Source: Eubacteriales bacterium (lineage in GTDB: Bacteria; Bacillota; Clostridia; Oscillospirales; CAG-272). From it: a DNA stretch of 64,000 bases. Each line of letters opens with the position of its first letter. The stretch's first letter is position 1. The notes under the pieces are model-generated. The model saw nothing but the letters and a program-made list of their open reading frames with translations. It did not search any database and had not been told where the DNA came from. Below, piece by piece: positions 33,053 through 42,259 of this stretch. A program made the position numbers and the translations under genes. The DNA lies in contig JBGVEW010000071.1 in NCBI GenBank assembly GCA_045120465.1, positions 6,444-70,443 of the forward strand. Reading direction: 5' to 3'.

Positions 33053-35329
33053 ATGGATTATCGAGAACGGATGTACGAGCGCGCCAAAAAGCTTGATCCG
33101 ACGCTTGCGATCGAGGATATGGTCGATCTTTCAATGGGGAATTTAGACCCCGGCGAGGCAAAGCGCGCAGTCAAGGATTTTTATCTGGTTACGACGCGTG
33201 ATTTGAAGGTTTACCGTGAGGATTCTATGATTCTTTGCGAGTCGATTGAAAATATAGAATCCTTTCGAATCGTGTCGGGAGTTGGGTGTGTATTTGTGGC
33301 GTACGTGCGAAAGAGTGACGGAGAGCACGTGATCTTCGGACGTGCCGACAACCGCAGGCAGGGAATGCTTGCCGGGGCAGTCAAGCGCATCAATCACTAT
33401 TTACGCTATCAAAACGTAGATTTTTCCCATTTGGAAGCCGCGGGAGGCGGGCAGTGTTCCAAATGCGGCAAGCCCTTGCCGCGCGGCTCACGCACCTGTC
33501 CCCGTTGCGCATCCAAAAAGCAGGCGATCCTACGCCTGTTGGGGTTGGCGAGGGACGAAAAAGGAAAGCTCGCCCTTTCGGTGCTGTTTTTCTTTCTCGG
33601 TACGGGCGTTAGCCTTGTGATTCCGCAAATCAACCGCATCCTCGTCGATGCGTTTATCAGTCCCGTTGAAGCTTGGGATACGGCAACTCCGATCGGTAAG
33701 ATCGGAGCATGGGTCAGCTCCGCTCCCGCGGCAGGCTTTTGGGTAGCGTTTATCAGTGTGATCTTGTCCATGCTGTTCGTCAATCTCCTTAGGCGCCTCA
33801 TCGGTATTGCGCGCGGTTATTTTTTGACCGTTGCGGGCAATCGCCTGATTCTTCGCTTGCGCGATACGGTGTTTTCAAAAATTCAGCATCTTTCCATTTC
33901 CAAAATTTCAGAGCGTACATCGGGGGAATTGATGCAGCGTGTCAACAGTGATACGAGGCAGATCAAAATGTTTTTGATCAACCAGCTCCCCAACCTGATC
34001 GAACAGATACTGCTGCTTTTGGGTATCGGAATTTACGTCATCGTTCTGGCGGGGGGGAATTGGATCATCCCATTGTTAATTCTGGTTCCCGCGCCCTTTG
34101 TGGCGCTGGCGTTCCGCTTATTTTGGCGGTTTATGCGTCAGTTGTTTCAAAGGCGATGGCAGATCCACTCCGAGGCAAACGCCGTTTTGCACGATATTTT
34201 TTCGGGCATCCGTGTGGTTAAGGCGTACGGAATGGAAAAAAGAGAAGAGGAGCGCTTTGTCACAATGGCGGCACGCGAGCGCGACGCGCAGCTTCGCATT
34301 GAAAAGATCTGGGCTTTTTTGATGCCGATGCTTCATACGCTGATGGGTGTTGGAGAGTACGCGCTTTTGTTTTACGTGGGGAGCAGAATGCTTGACGGTT
34401 CGATGAGTGCGGGTGAAATGGCACAGTTTTCCGCATATGCGGGAATGTTGTTTGGCCCGATGTCCACTCTGATGAATTTTCCGCGCCAATTTATGCAAAT
34501 GATGACGTCATTGACGCGTGTTTATGAGATCATGGACGAAGAGGTTGAGGAAAAACGTGATGACGGGAGAGAGCGAAAAACGTTTGACGGTGTGATTGAT
34601 ATCAATCACGTGTCCTTTGGTTACGAGGATGCACACGAGGTGCTCAGGGATATCGATCTGCACATCAAGCCCGGGGAATTTATCGGGCTTGTCGGACGTT
34701 CGGGGGTCGGAAAATCTACGCTGATCAATCTGATCATGCGGATGTACGACGTGGACGAGGGCTCAATTACGATCGACGGTGAGGATATCCGAAAGATCCC
34801 CGAGGAGCATCTGCGCTCGCAGATGGGCGTGGTACTGCAGGAGAATTTTTTGTTCACGGGAACGGTATGGCAAAATCTGACCTATGCAAAGCCACACGCA
34901 ACGCGCGAGGAGGTCATTCAGGCATCAAAGACCGCGGGGGCACATGAGTTTATCATTCGCCTTCCCGACGGTTATAATACTTACGTTGGAGAGCGTGGGC
35001 ATACGCTCTCGGGTGGTGAGCGTCAGAGAATTTCGATCGCGCGAGCACTGTTGCACGATCCAAAGATCCTGATTCTTGACGAAGCCACGGCATCCTTGGA
35101 TACCGAAACCGAAAAGCTGATTCAGGATGCGTTGGCGGCACTTTCGGCGGGCAGAACGACCATTGCCATTGCGCACCGCCTTTCCACGCTCCGCAATGCC
35201 ACGCGGCTTGTGGTGTTGGATCGCAGCGGTGTTGCCGAGGTTGGCACACACGAGGAGCTGATGGCAAAAGAAGGCATCTATTACGGACTCGTTATGGCAC
35301 AGCGTGAAATGTCAAAGATGGAAAATTAA
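33053..35329 (+). CDS. ABC exporter (TMD-NBD) with an N-terminal extension of about 170 aa ending in a zinc ribbon; likely partner of 30165..32474
   Basis: 758 aa. CSKCGKPLPRGSRTCPRC lies before TM1. Walker A GRSGVGKSTL, signature LSGGERQRISIARA, Walker B ILILDEATASLD. Confidence 0.85.
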   Translation: MDYRERMYERAKKLDPTLAIEDMVDLSMGNLDPGEAKRAVKDFYLVTTRDLKVYREDSMILCESIENIESFRIVSGVGCVFVAYVRKSDGEHVIFGRADNRRQGMLAGAVKRINHYLRYQNVDFSHLEAAGGGQCSKCGKPLPRGSRTCPRCASKKQAILRLLGLARDEKGKLALSVLFFFLGTGVSLVIPQINRILVDAFISPVEAWDTATPIGKIGAWVSSAPAAGFWVAFISVILSMLFVNLLRRLIGIARGYFLTVAGNRLILRLRDTVFSKIQHLSISKISERTSGELMQRVNSDTRQIKMFLINQLPNLIEQILLLLGIGIYVIVLAGGNWIIPLLILVPAPFVALAFRLFWRFMRQLFQRRWQIHSEANAVLHDIFSGIRVVKAYGMEKREEERFVTMAARERDAQLRIEKIWAFLMPMLHTLMGVGEYALLFYVGSRMLDGSMSAGEMAQFSAYAGMLFGPMSTLMNFPRQFMQMMTSLTRVYEIMDEEVEEKRDDGRERKTFDGVIDINHVSFGYEDAHEVLRDIDLHIKPGEFIGLVGRSGVGKSTLINLIMRMYDVDEGSITIDGEDIRKIPEEHLRSQMGVVLQENFLFTGTVWQNLTYAKPHATREEVIQASKTAGAHEFIIRLPDGYNTYVGERGHTLSGGERQRISIARALLHDPKILILDEATASLDTETEKLIQDALAALSAGRTTIAIAHRLSTLRNATRLVVLDRSGVAEVGTHEELMAKEGIYYGLVMAQREMSKMEN

Positions 35330-35339
35330 ACAGAAAAAT

Positions 35340-35380
35340 GGGGGTGAGTCAAATGCAAAATGCATTTGGTACTCACCCCC
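35340..35380. repeat. solo copy of the SL1 module of the intergenic repeat; likely bidirectional terminator between convergent ABC genes
   Basis: GGGGGTGAGTCAAATGC-aaaat-GCATTTGgtACTCACCCCC. It starts 10 nt after the plus-strand stop (35329) and ends 9 nt before the minus-strand stop (35390). Confidence 0.7.
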
Positions 35381-35389
35381 ATGGTTTGA

Positions 35390-38300
35390 TTATTCACTTC
35401 TCAATGCTTCTACGGGATTGCGCTTTGCTGCAAATCTTGCGGGGAAGATGCCCGCAACCAAGGTCAGGATCATGCTGATCGCAACCAGAATGACTGCGCC
35501 CGCTACGGGAAGCGTTGCCTTGAGGTTGACAAGACCTGTGAGGTTAAAGAGAATGATATTGATGATTACGTTGAGTCCCAACGTGACGAGAATACCGATC
35601 ATACCCGCCACAAATCCCACGATCAGGGTCTCCGCGTTGAATACGCGGCTGACATCCTTTTTGGACGCACCGATCGCACGCAGGATACCGATCTCCTTGG
35701 TTCTTTCCAAAACCGAGATATAGGTGATGATACCGATCATAATCGAGGATACCACCAACGAGATGGCAACAAAGGCGATGAGCACGTAGGTGATGGCATT
35801 GAGGACGGTGGTGATGGAAGACATCAAAAGACCAACGTAGTCGGTAAATTCGATCTTCTTCAACTCACCCACGGAATCGTTATAGGCTCTGATCTCCGCG
35901 CTGATCATATCCTTATTTTCAAAGGAAGACGCGTAGAGATAGATGGATGAGGGGCTTTCTTCCTTCACGTCACCCAAAACAAAGAGGTTGTTTTCGTAGG
36001 TGGAATCCGAGAATTCGCGCGGCACACCGTCAAGCTCGTACAAAGCGGCAAATTGCGCATCGGTCAGTGAAACGGCAACCTCAGCGGCAGTCTTTTCGCC
36101 AAAGACCGTTTGCTTGACCTGTTCCGTGACCGTACTGGTTGCAAGCGCGGTGCAGAGAGCGGCTTTGAGCTCGGGAGAGGCGAGAATGATTTCGGGTGTG
36201 ATACCTGCGGGAATTTCCATTCCCATCTGGGGTGCTTGCAGAAGTGCCATTTGAATGATGGGCTTGAGCTGTTCGTCGGGCATTGCCGCAAACTGTGCGC
36301 TTGCCGCCGCGATCGCTTCCTCGGTAACGAAAATATTCATCAGGAAAGCCTTTGCGGTTTCCTCGTCCAATGTGTTGATATACTTGAGAACGACGTTCTT
36401 TTTCTGCTCTGCGGTAATCTCTTTTCCGGTGTCAAAGGGCTTGCCGGAGAGAACGTCCATTTCGGTATTTTCCTTTTGGAGAGCCAAAAGGTCGCTTCCC
36501 TTGGTGCGCTCCAATGCCTCTGCCGCCAAAGCGGAGGTGTAACCGATCGTGCCTGCGGTCAGGGTAGTTGCGCTCACGCCTTCACGTGGACGGACGATAC
36601 CGACGACCTTCAGCGTAAATCCGACGTCCTTGTCCTTGTAGAGGGTTTCACGTCCTTCTGCGGTTGCGCTCAGATCCACGTAGTTACCGCTTGCTTCGTC
36701 GTACTTGTAGCACTCGGAAGCCAGGATCAAACGGTATTCCATTTGGCGGATCTCTTCAAAGGTCCAGGATTTACGTTCGGAAAGATCAACCTGCTCTCCG
36801 TTCATTGCGGCGTTAAAGCCTTGCATCATTTCCGCTTTTGTGCGAAGACCCAAAGAGTAAAGGGAAAGGTCGCTGATCTCGTTTTTACCGTTTACAACGA
36901 GGATCACTTCGTTTGCGGCGGTAGGCCAGCGGCTGCCCTCATCAACAAATTCATACTGCTCCTTGAGCAGATCGTTGACCAACGCGTCGCTGTTTTGGTC
37001 AATCGGAGCCAGCATTTCCTGCCATACGTCAAGCGTATCGGCGGACATCATGCCACCCATGATACCCGTTGATCCGCCCATCATATTGCCCATCATGCCG
37101 TTGGCACCGGAGAGCCACCCCATCATATCGGACTTGATTACGGGAGCGGTGCTGTTGGGGTTGAGCGCATCACCCTCGCGGACGAAGATGCTCCAGTTGA
37201 AATCGTAGGCGTATTGAACAGCCGAGAGATATTCGTCGAATTTTCCGGATTCCTCAAGATGCTTCTTAAAGGAAACGAGGTCGTTGTAGGAGGTACCGCT
37301 TGTACCCATTGCATTGACGAGCTGAGCCAGAATGATACTTTCGTAGATCTTATCCAGATCGTGATCGAATTCACCGCTGTTTTGCTCCTCCATCAGGGTG
37401 GTCATAATGCCGCCGAGATTCATGGATTGTGCGTGCAGCTCAAGGGGATAGCCCGAAAGTGTTTCGCGCTGCACCGAATCGATATAGGCGTTGACACCGG
37501 TGGAGACCGAAAGGATCAGCGCGATACCGATGATACCGATCGAGCCCGCAAAGGAGGTCATAAAGGTGCGTCCTTTTTTGGTCATCAGGTTATTGAGCGA
37601 GAGCGAGAGGGCTGTTAGGAAGGACATGGACTTCTTTTTCTTGCCTCCTGCGGGAGCAACGCCGCTGCCGCCAAGCTGAAGCGGTACGACGTCCTTTTCG
37701 TTGACCGAGAACATTCCCCAAAATCCGCGTTTTTTCTTGGCGTGTTCCGCACGTGTCGCGGGATCGCTGTCTGCTGAATAGGGATTGGTATCCTCAACCA
37801 CGCGTCCATCCACCACGCTGATGATACGAGAGGAATACTCGCGCGCAAGCTCGGGGTTGTGCGTGACCATAATGATCAGCTTTTTCTTGGAGATTTTGCG
37901 CAGAATGTCCATGATCTGCACGCTGGTCTGCGTATCCAAAGCACCCGTCGGCTCATCCGCCAAAAGGATATCGGGGTTATTGACCAGAGCGCGTGCGATG
38001 GCAACGCGTTGCATTTGTCCGCCCGAAAGCTGATTGGGCTTTTTCTTCAGTTGGTTTCCAAGCCCAACCTCTTTGAGTGCGTTTGCCGCGCGGCGGCGAC
38101 GCTCCTTTTTAGAGATACCCGAAAGCGTGAGTGCCAATTCTACGTTGGCAAGCACGGTTTGGTGGGGAATGAGGTTGTAGCTTTGAAATACGAAGCCGAT
38201 GGAATGGTTACGGTAGGTATCCCATGCCGCGTCATCATATTTTTTGGTGGAAACGTTGTTGATGATCAAATCACCGCTGGTGTACTGATCCAAGCCGCCG

Positions 38301-38452
38301 ATGATGTTCAAAAGAGTCGTTTTACCGCATCCGGACGGACCTAAGATCGATACGAATTCGCTTTTTCGGAATTGCAGGGAAATGCCGTCAAGTGCGCGGA
38401 CCTTTGTGTCGCCCGCTTTATAGTCCTTGACAATGTTTTTCAGTTCAAGCAA
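35390..38452 (-). CDS. fused ABC ATPase / FtsX-family permease (MacB-like) with a very large extracytoplasmic domain
   Basis: 1020 aa. TTG start with GGGAGG 8 nt upstream. N-terminal NBD: [36 protein letters not shown]. The first TM is near residue 300, followed by about 580 aa without TM helices, then a C-terminal FtsX 3-TM bundle. Confidence 0.85.
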   Translation of the reverse strand: MLELKNIVKDYKAGDTKVRALDGISLQFRKSEFVSILGPSGCGKTTLLNIIGGLDQYTSGDLIINNVSTKKYDDAAWDTYRNHSIGFVFQSYNLIPHQTVLANVELALTLSGISKKERRRRAANALKEVGLGNQLKKKPNQLSGGQMQRVAIARALVNNPDILLADEPTGALDTQTSVQIMDILRKISKKKLIIMVTHNPELAREYSSRIISVVDGRVVEDTNPYSADSDPATRAEHAKKKRGFWGMFSVNEKDVVPLQLGGSGVAPAGGKKKKSMSFLTALSLSLNNLMTKKGRTFMTSFAGSIGIIGIALILSVSTGVNAYIDSVQRETLSGYPLELHAQSMNLGGIMTTLMEEQNSGEFDHDLDKIYESIILAQLVNAMGTSGTSYNDLVSFKKHLEESGKFDEYLSAVQYAYDFNWSIFVREGDALNPNSTAPVIKSDMMGWLSGANGMMGNMMGGSTGIMGGMMSADTLDVWQEMLAPIDQNSDALVNDLLKEQYEFVDEGSRWPTAANEVILVVNGKNEISDLSLYSLGLRTKAEMMQGFNAAMNGEQVDLSERKSWTFEEIRQMEYRLILASECYKYDEASGNYVDLSATAEGRETLYKDKDVGFTLKVVGIVRPREGVSATTLTAGTIGYTSALAAEALERTKGSDLLALQKENTEMDVLSGKPFDTGKEITAEQKKNVVLKYINTLDEETAKAFLMNIFVTEEAIAAASAQFAAMPDEQLKPIIQMALLQAPQMGMEIPAGITPEIILASPELKAALCTALATSTVTEQVKQTVFGEKTAAEVAVSLTDAQFAALYELDGVPREFSDSTYENNLFVLGDVKEESPSSIYLYASSFENKDMISAEIRAYNDSVGELKKIEFTDYVGLLMSSITTVLNAITYVLIAFVAISLVVSSIMIGIITYISVLERTKEIGILRAIGASKKDVSRVFNAETLIVGFVAGMIGILVTLGLNVIINIILFNLTGLVNLKATLPVAGAVILVAISMILTLVAGIFPARFAAKRNPVEALRSE

Positions 38453-38549
38453 TTTTGTAGCCTCCCTAATAAAAAATCAATAGAATCATAACACACATTT
38501 TTGAATTCAATGTGAATACAGTGGGGAAATATCCGCTTTTTTTGAAAAA

Positions 38550-40301
38550 TTATTCTTCAAATTGGCTGTGATACAGGTGATGATAAAAGCCACCGCGTTG
38601 CAAAAGCTCTTCGTGCGTTCCTTGCTCCACGATATTTCCGTCCTTCATGACTAAGATCCGATCGGCAGACTCAATGGTGGAGAGTCGGTGCGCCACGACA
38701 AAGGAGGTACGTCCCTGCATCATTTCCGCAAAGGCGTTTTGGATCTTGAGCTCCATTCTCGTATCGATCGAGGAGGTCGCCTCGTCGAGAATCAGCATCG
38801 GCGGCAGACACAGCATGACGCGGGTAATGCAAAGCAACTGCTTTTGACCTTGCGAAAGCGTTCCGCCGTTTTCACCGAGAACGGTGTCGTAGCCGTTCGG
38901 CAAACGCTTGATAAAGGAGTGTGCGTGGGAGGCCTTTGCGGCGGCGATCATTTCCTCGTCGGTCGCATCGGGCTTGCCCATACAAATATTTTCTCTGACC
39001 GTTGCGGCACGCAACCACGTATCCTGCAACACCATGCCCCAAGAGGCGCGGAGAGAGGAGCGGGTCATTTCCTTGATATCGGTTCCGTCCACGGTGATCC
39101 TTCCGCTGTTTACGTCATAAAAGCGCATCAGCAGATTGATCAAAGTGGTTTTTCCGCATCCCGTAGGGCCTACGATGGCAATTCTCTGCCCGGACTTTAC
39201 CGAAAGGGAGAGATGGCGGATCAATTCGCGGTCGGGGGAGTAGGAGAAGGAGACGTTTTCTATGGAGACGTTTCCCGTGGCATCGGTTAAGACCTTCGCA
39301 TCGGGTGCCTCTGCGGGGATCTCTTGCTCATCAAGAAGCTCAAACAAACGCCCCGCGCACGCCAGCGCGTTTTGAAGCTCTGCCAAAACGCCCGAAATCT
39401 CGTTAAAGGGCTTTGTGTATTGGTTGGCGTAATTGAGAAATACCGACAGCGTTCCCACCGAAAAGCTTGGCGTGGCAATGCAGAAAAACGCACCGATGAG
39501 GGCAACTCCTGCATAAACCAGATTGTTGACAAAACGGGTGGAGGGGTTGGTCAGCGAGGAGAAGAAGGTTGCTTGATGCGCAATGCGACCAAGGCGGTCG
39601 TTGATCTCGTTGAACTGTTCGATCGATTCCTTCTCGTGCCCGAACGCCACCACCACCTTGTGGTTTCCGATATATTCGTCGATCATTGCGGTCTGCTCGG
39701 CGCGGGTTTTGGATTGCAGAACGAACATCGAGTGCGTGTGCTTTGCGATAAAGGATGCCACGAACAGGGAGAGTGGAGTGACGAATATGACGACGAGGGC
39801 AACCGACCAATTTAAGATCAGCATAATGACAAGCGTACCGAGAATGGTCAACAGTCCCGTCAAAAACTGTGCAAAGCCGAGAAGAAGTCCGTCGGTAAAC
39901 TGATCGACGTCCGAGATCATACGGCTGACCGTTTCGCCCGTCGGGTGTTGATCGAGATAGGAGAGCGGCAATTTTTGGATTTTTGTAAAGGCTTCGCGGC
40001 GCAAACGCTTGACCATGCCGTAGGTGATACGGTTGTTGAGTACGTTCATTACCCACTGGGAAAGGGCAGAGATCAGCGTGCATAGCGCGATCAGCGTTAC
40101 TGCCTGCCATACGATGCTCCACGTAACGGTTCCCTCTGCAAGAATTCCGTCAATGGCGCGACCCGTCAAAAGTGGGATCGCAAGAGAGAGAGAGACGTTG
40201 AGCGCGGCTAACAAAAGGGAAACGAGCAGTGCCGCGCGGTAGTGGTGCAAGCCCTTCAGCACGCGTTTTACGGTGCTTTTATCAAAGGTTGGGAGCGTCA
40301 T
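38550..40301 (-). CDS. ABC exporter half-transporter (heterodimer partner with a degenerate signature motif)
   Basis: 583 aa. Walker A GPTGCGKTTL and Walker B MLILDEATSSID. The signature is LSQGQKQ rather than LSGGQ. Confidence 0.88.
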   Translation of the reverse strand: MTLPTFDKSTVKRVLKGLHHYRAALLVSLLLAALNVSLSLAIPLLTGRAIDGILAEGTVTWSIVWQAVTLIALCTLISALSQWVMNVLNNRITYGMVKRLRREAFTKIQKLPLSYLDQHPTGETVSRMISDVDQFTDGLLLGFAQFLTGLLTILGTLVIMLILNWSVALVVIFVTPLSLFVASFIAKHTHSMFVLQSKTRAEQTAMIDEYIGNHKVVVAFGHEKESIEQFNEINDRLGRIAHQATFFSSLTNPSTRFVNNLVYAGVALIGAFFCIATPSFSVGTLSVFLNYANQYTKPFNEISGVLAELQNALACAGRLFELLDEQEIPAEAPDAKVLTDATGNVSIENVSFSYSPDRELIRHLSLSVKSGQRIAIVGPTGCGKTTLINLLMRFYDVNSGRITVDGTDIKEMTRSSLRASWGMVLQDTWLRAATVRENICMGKPDATDEEMIAAAKASHAHSFIKRLPNGYDTVLGENGGTLSQGQKQLLCITRVMLCLPPMLILDEATSSIDTRMELKIQNAFAEMMQGRTSFVVAHRLSTIESADRILVMKDGNIVEQGTHEELLQRGGFYHHLYHSQFEE

Positions 40302-42055
40302 TTTACGTCACCCCCTTTTCTGTATTGAGAGTGATGGATCTCACGATAAACCTCGCAGGTTGCCAACAACGCGTCGTGCGTACCGATGCCGACAAGACGC
40401 CCGTCCTCCATGACGAGAATGATATCCGCATGACGAATGGAGGAGGTCCTTTGGGAGATCAAAAACACGGTAGGATGACCTTGCAGTGCTTTCAGGGAGG
40501 CGCGCAGTGCTGCGTCAGTGGCATAGTCGAGTGCCGAGGAACTGTCGTCAAGAATCAGAATATCGGCATTTTTGACCAACGCACGCGCGATGGTCAGACG
40601 TTGGCGCTGACCGCCCGAAAAATTGCTTCCGCCTTGTTCCACAGGCTCGTCCAAGCCGCTCGGCTTTTGCAAAATGAATTCCTTAGCCTGCGCGGCTTCC
40701 AGTGCCGCCCACAATTCCTCATCCGAAGCATCGGGGTTGCCCCACAGGAGATTGGAACGTACCGTTCCGCGAAAGAGTACCGATTTTTGGGGAACGGTTG
40801 CGATCTTATTCCGCAATTCATTTGGGTCATAAGTGCGCACGTCGCGCCCCATGACCAATACTCGTCCCGCGTTTGCATCATAGAAACGGGGGATGAGATT
40901 GGCAAGCGTTGTTTTTCCCGATCCCGTGGAACCGATCACACCGACAGTGGATCCTCGTGGAATCGAAAAGCTGATATCCGAAAGGGTTTCGGTGGCGTTG
41001 CCCTCATAGGTCATAAACACCTTTTCAAAGCGTACCGCCTCGGTTCCGTCGGCTTCTTCTTGATGGGGAAGGACCTGCGTGCCGGAGGGGATATCAAACA
41101 CCTGAGCGATGCGATCGCCCGATGCCAACGCTTTGTTGAGCGCGAAGATCGTGGTTGCGAACTTGACCAGCTCAACCAATATCTGCGCCATGTAATTGGT
41201 CATCGCCACCACGTCGCCCTGCGTCATACTACCGATCTCAACCAGTTTAGCACCCGACAAAAGCAAGCCGATCACGCCTGCGTTCACCACCACCAGCGTC
41301 AAAGGATTCATCAGGGCGGAGATCTTGCCTACAAAATTTTGTGCGCGATTGTGTTCGTCGTTGGCGGCTTCAAAGCGTGCGGTTTCTTCCGTTTCTTTGC
41401 GGAAGGCGCGGAGAACGCGAACGCCGCCAAGATTTTCACGCGTGATCGCAGTTACGCGGTCAAGGCTCTTTTGTACGTTTTTGTAGAGCGGCTTGTTGCG
41501 GAGCATAATGGAGAATACGATGATCGCCAACAGAGGGATCACTGCCGCAAAAATCCACGCTGAGGTTGGGTTGACCGTAAACGCCATGAGTGCCGCGCCC
41601 AAAACGATGATGGGGGAGCGAAGTAGCAGGCGAAGCGTCAGATTGATGCCCGATTGCATCTGGTTGACGTCACTCGTCATGCGTGTGATGAGCGTCGCAC
41701 ATCCCACACGGTCGGTTTGGCTGTAGGAAATGCCTTGAACGTGCGCAAACAGATCGCGGCGAAGATCGGTTGCAAATCCCACTGCGGCACGCGCGGCAAA
41801 GTATTGCGCGATCAAGGCGCAGGTCAAACCTACAATGGCAAACAGGACGAGCACACCGCACATCATTCCGATAAAGCCGTAGCCGTCCGCCCCGGGAATC
41901 GGTGAGGACGCACTTCCGTTTGCAATTCCTTCGTCGATGATCAGCTTGACAACGATCGGTACCAAGAGGTCAAAAATTGCCTCTAACAGCTTAAAGAGCG
42001 GGCTGATGACGCATTCCTTTCGGTAGGGCTTTAAGTATTTTAAGAGTTTTTTCAT
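40298..42055 (-). CDS. ABC exporter half-transporter (heterodimer partner lacking the catalytic Glu)
   Basis: 585 aa. Walker A GSTGSGKTTL and signature FSGGQRQRLTIARA. Walker B is ILILDDSSSALD, with Asp in place of the catalytic Glu. ATGA overlap with the downstream partner gene. Confidence 0.88.
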   Translation of the reverse strand: MKKLLKYLKPYRKECVISPLFKLLEAIFDLLVPIVVKLIIDEGIANGSASSPIPGADGYGFIGMMCGVLVLFAIVGLTCALIAQYFAARAAVGFATDLRRDLFAHVQGISYSQTDRVGCATLITRMTSDVNQMQSGINLTLRLLLRSPIIVLGAALMAFTVNPTSAWIFAAVIPLLAIIVFSIMLRNKPLYKNVQKSLDRVTAITRENLGGVRVLRAFRKETEETARFEAANDEHNRAQNFVGKISALMNPLTLVVVNAGVIGLLLSGAKLVEIGSMTQGDVVAMTNYMAQILVELVKFATTIFALNKALASGDRIAQVFDIPSGTQVLPHQEEADGTEAVRFEKVFMTYEGNATETLSDISFSIPRGSTVGVIGSTGSGKTTLANLIPRFYDANAGRVLVMGRDVRTYDPNELRNKIATVPQKSVLFRGTVRSNLLWGNPDASDEELWAALEAAQAKEFILQKPSGLDEPVEQGGSNFSGGQRQRLTIARALVKNADILILDDSSSALDYATDAALRASLKALQGHPTVFLISQRTSSIRHADIILVMEDGRLVGIGTHDALLATCEVYREIHHSQYRKGGDVK

Positions 42056-42194
42056 CCAAACGGATCTCCTTTGATCATATCATAGATCTTTAACCTTCAT
42101 ATTATACGCTTTTTTTATGTTCAGAATAAATATAAATAATGAATGAAATGTGAATGATAAGCAAAAGGATTGGATTTTATCGAAAAACAAAAAA

Positions 42195-42238
42195 GTCAAC
42201 CTGCGCGGTTGACAAGGGGAGCGGGGGTATGCTATAAT
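42195..42238 (+). promoter_or_regulatory. promoter with an inverted repeat overlapping the -35 element (candidate operator)
   Basis: GTCAACC-tgcgc-GGTTGAC (42195-42213). TTGACA (42209-42214), 18 nt spacer, TATAAT (42233-42238). Confidence 0.45.
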
Positions 42239-42259
42239 GAATTGATTGGAGGTGTTCGT

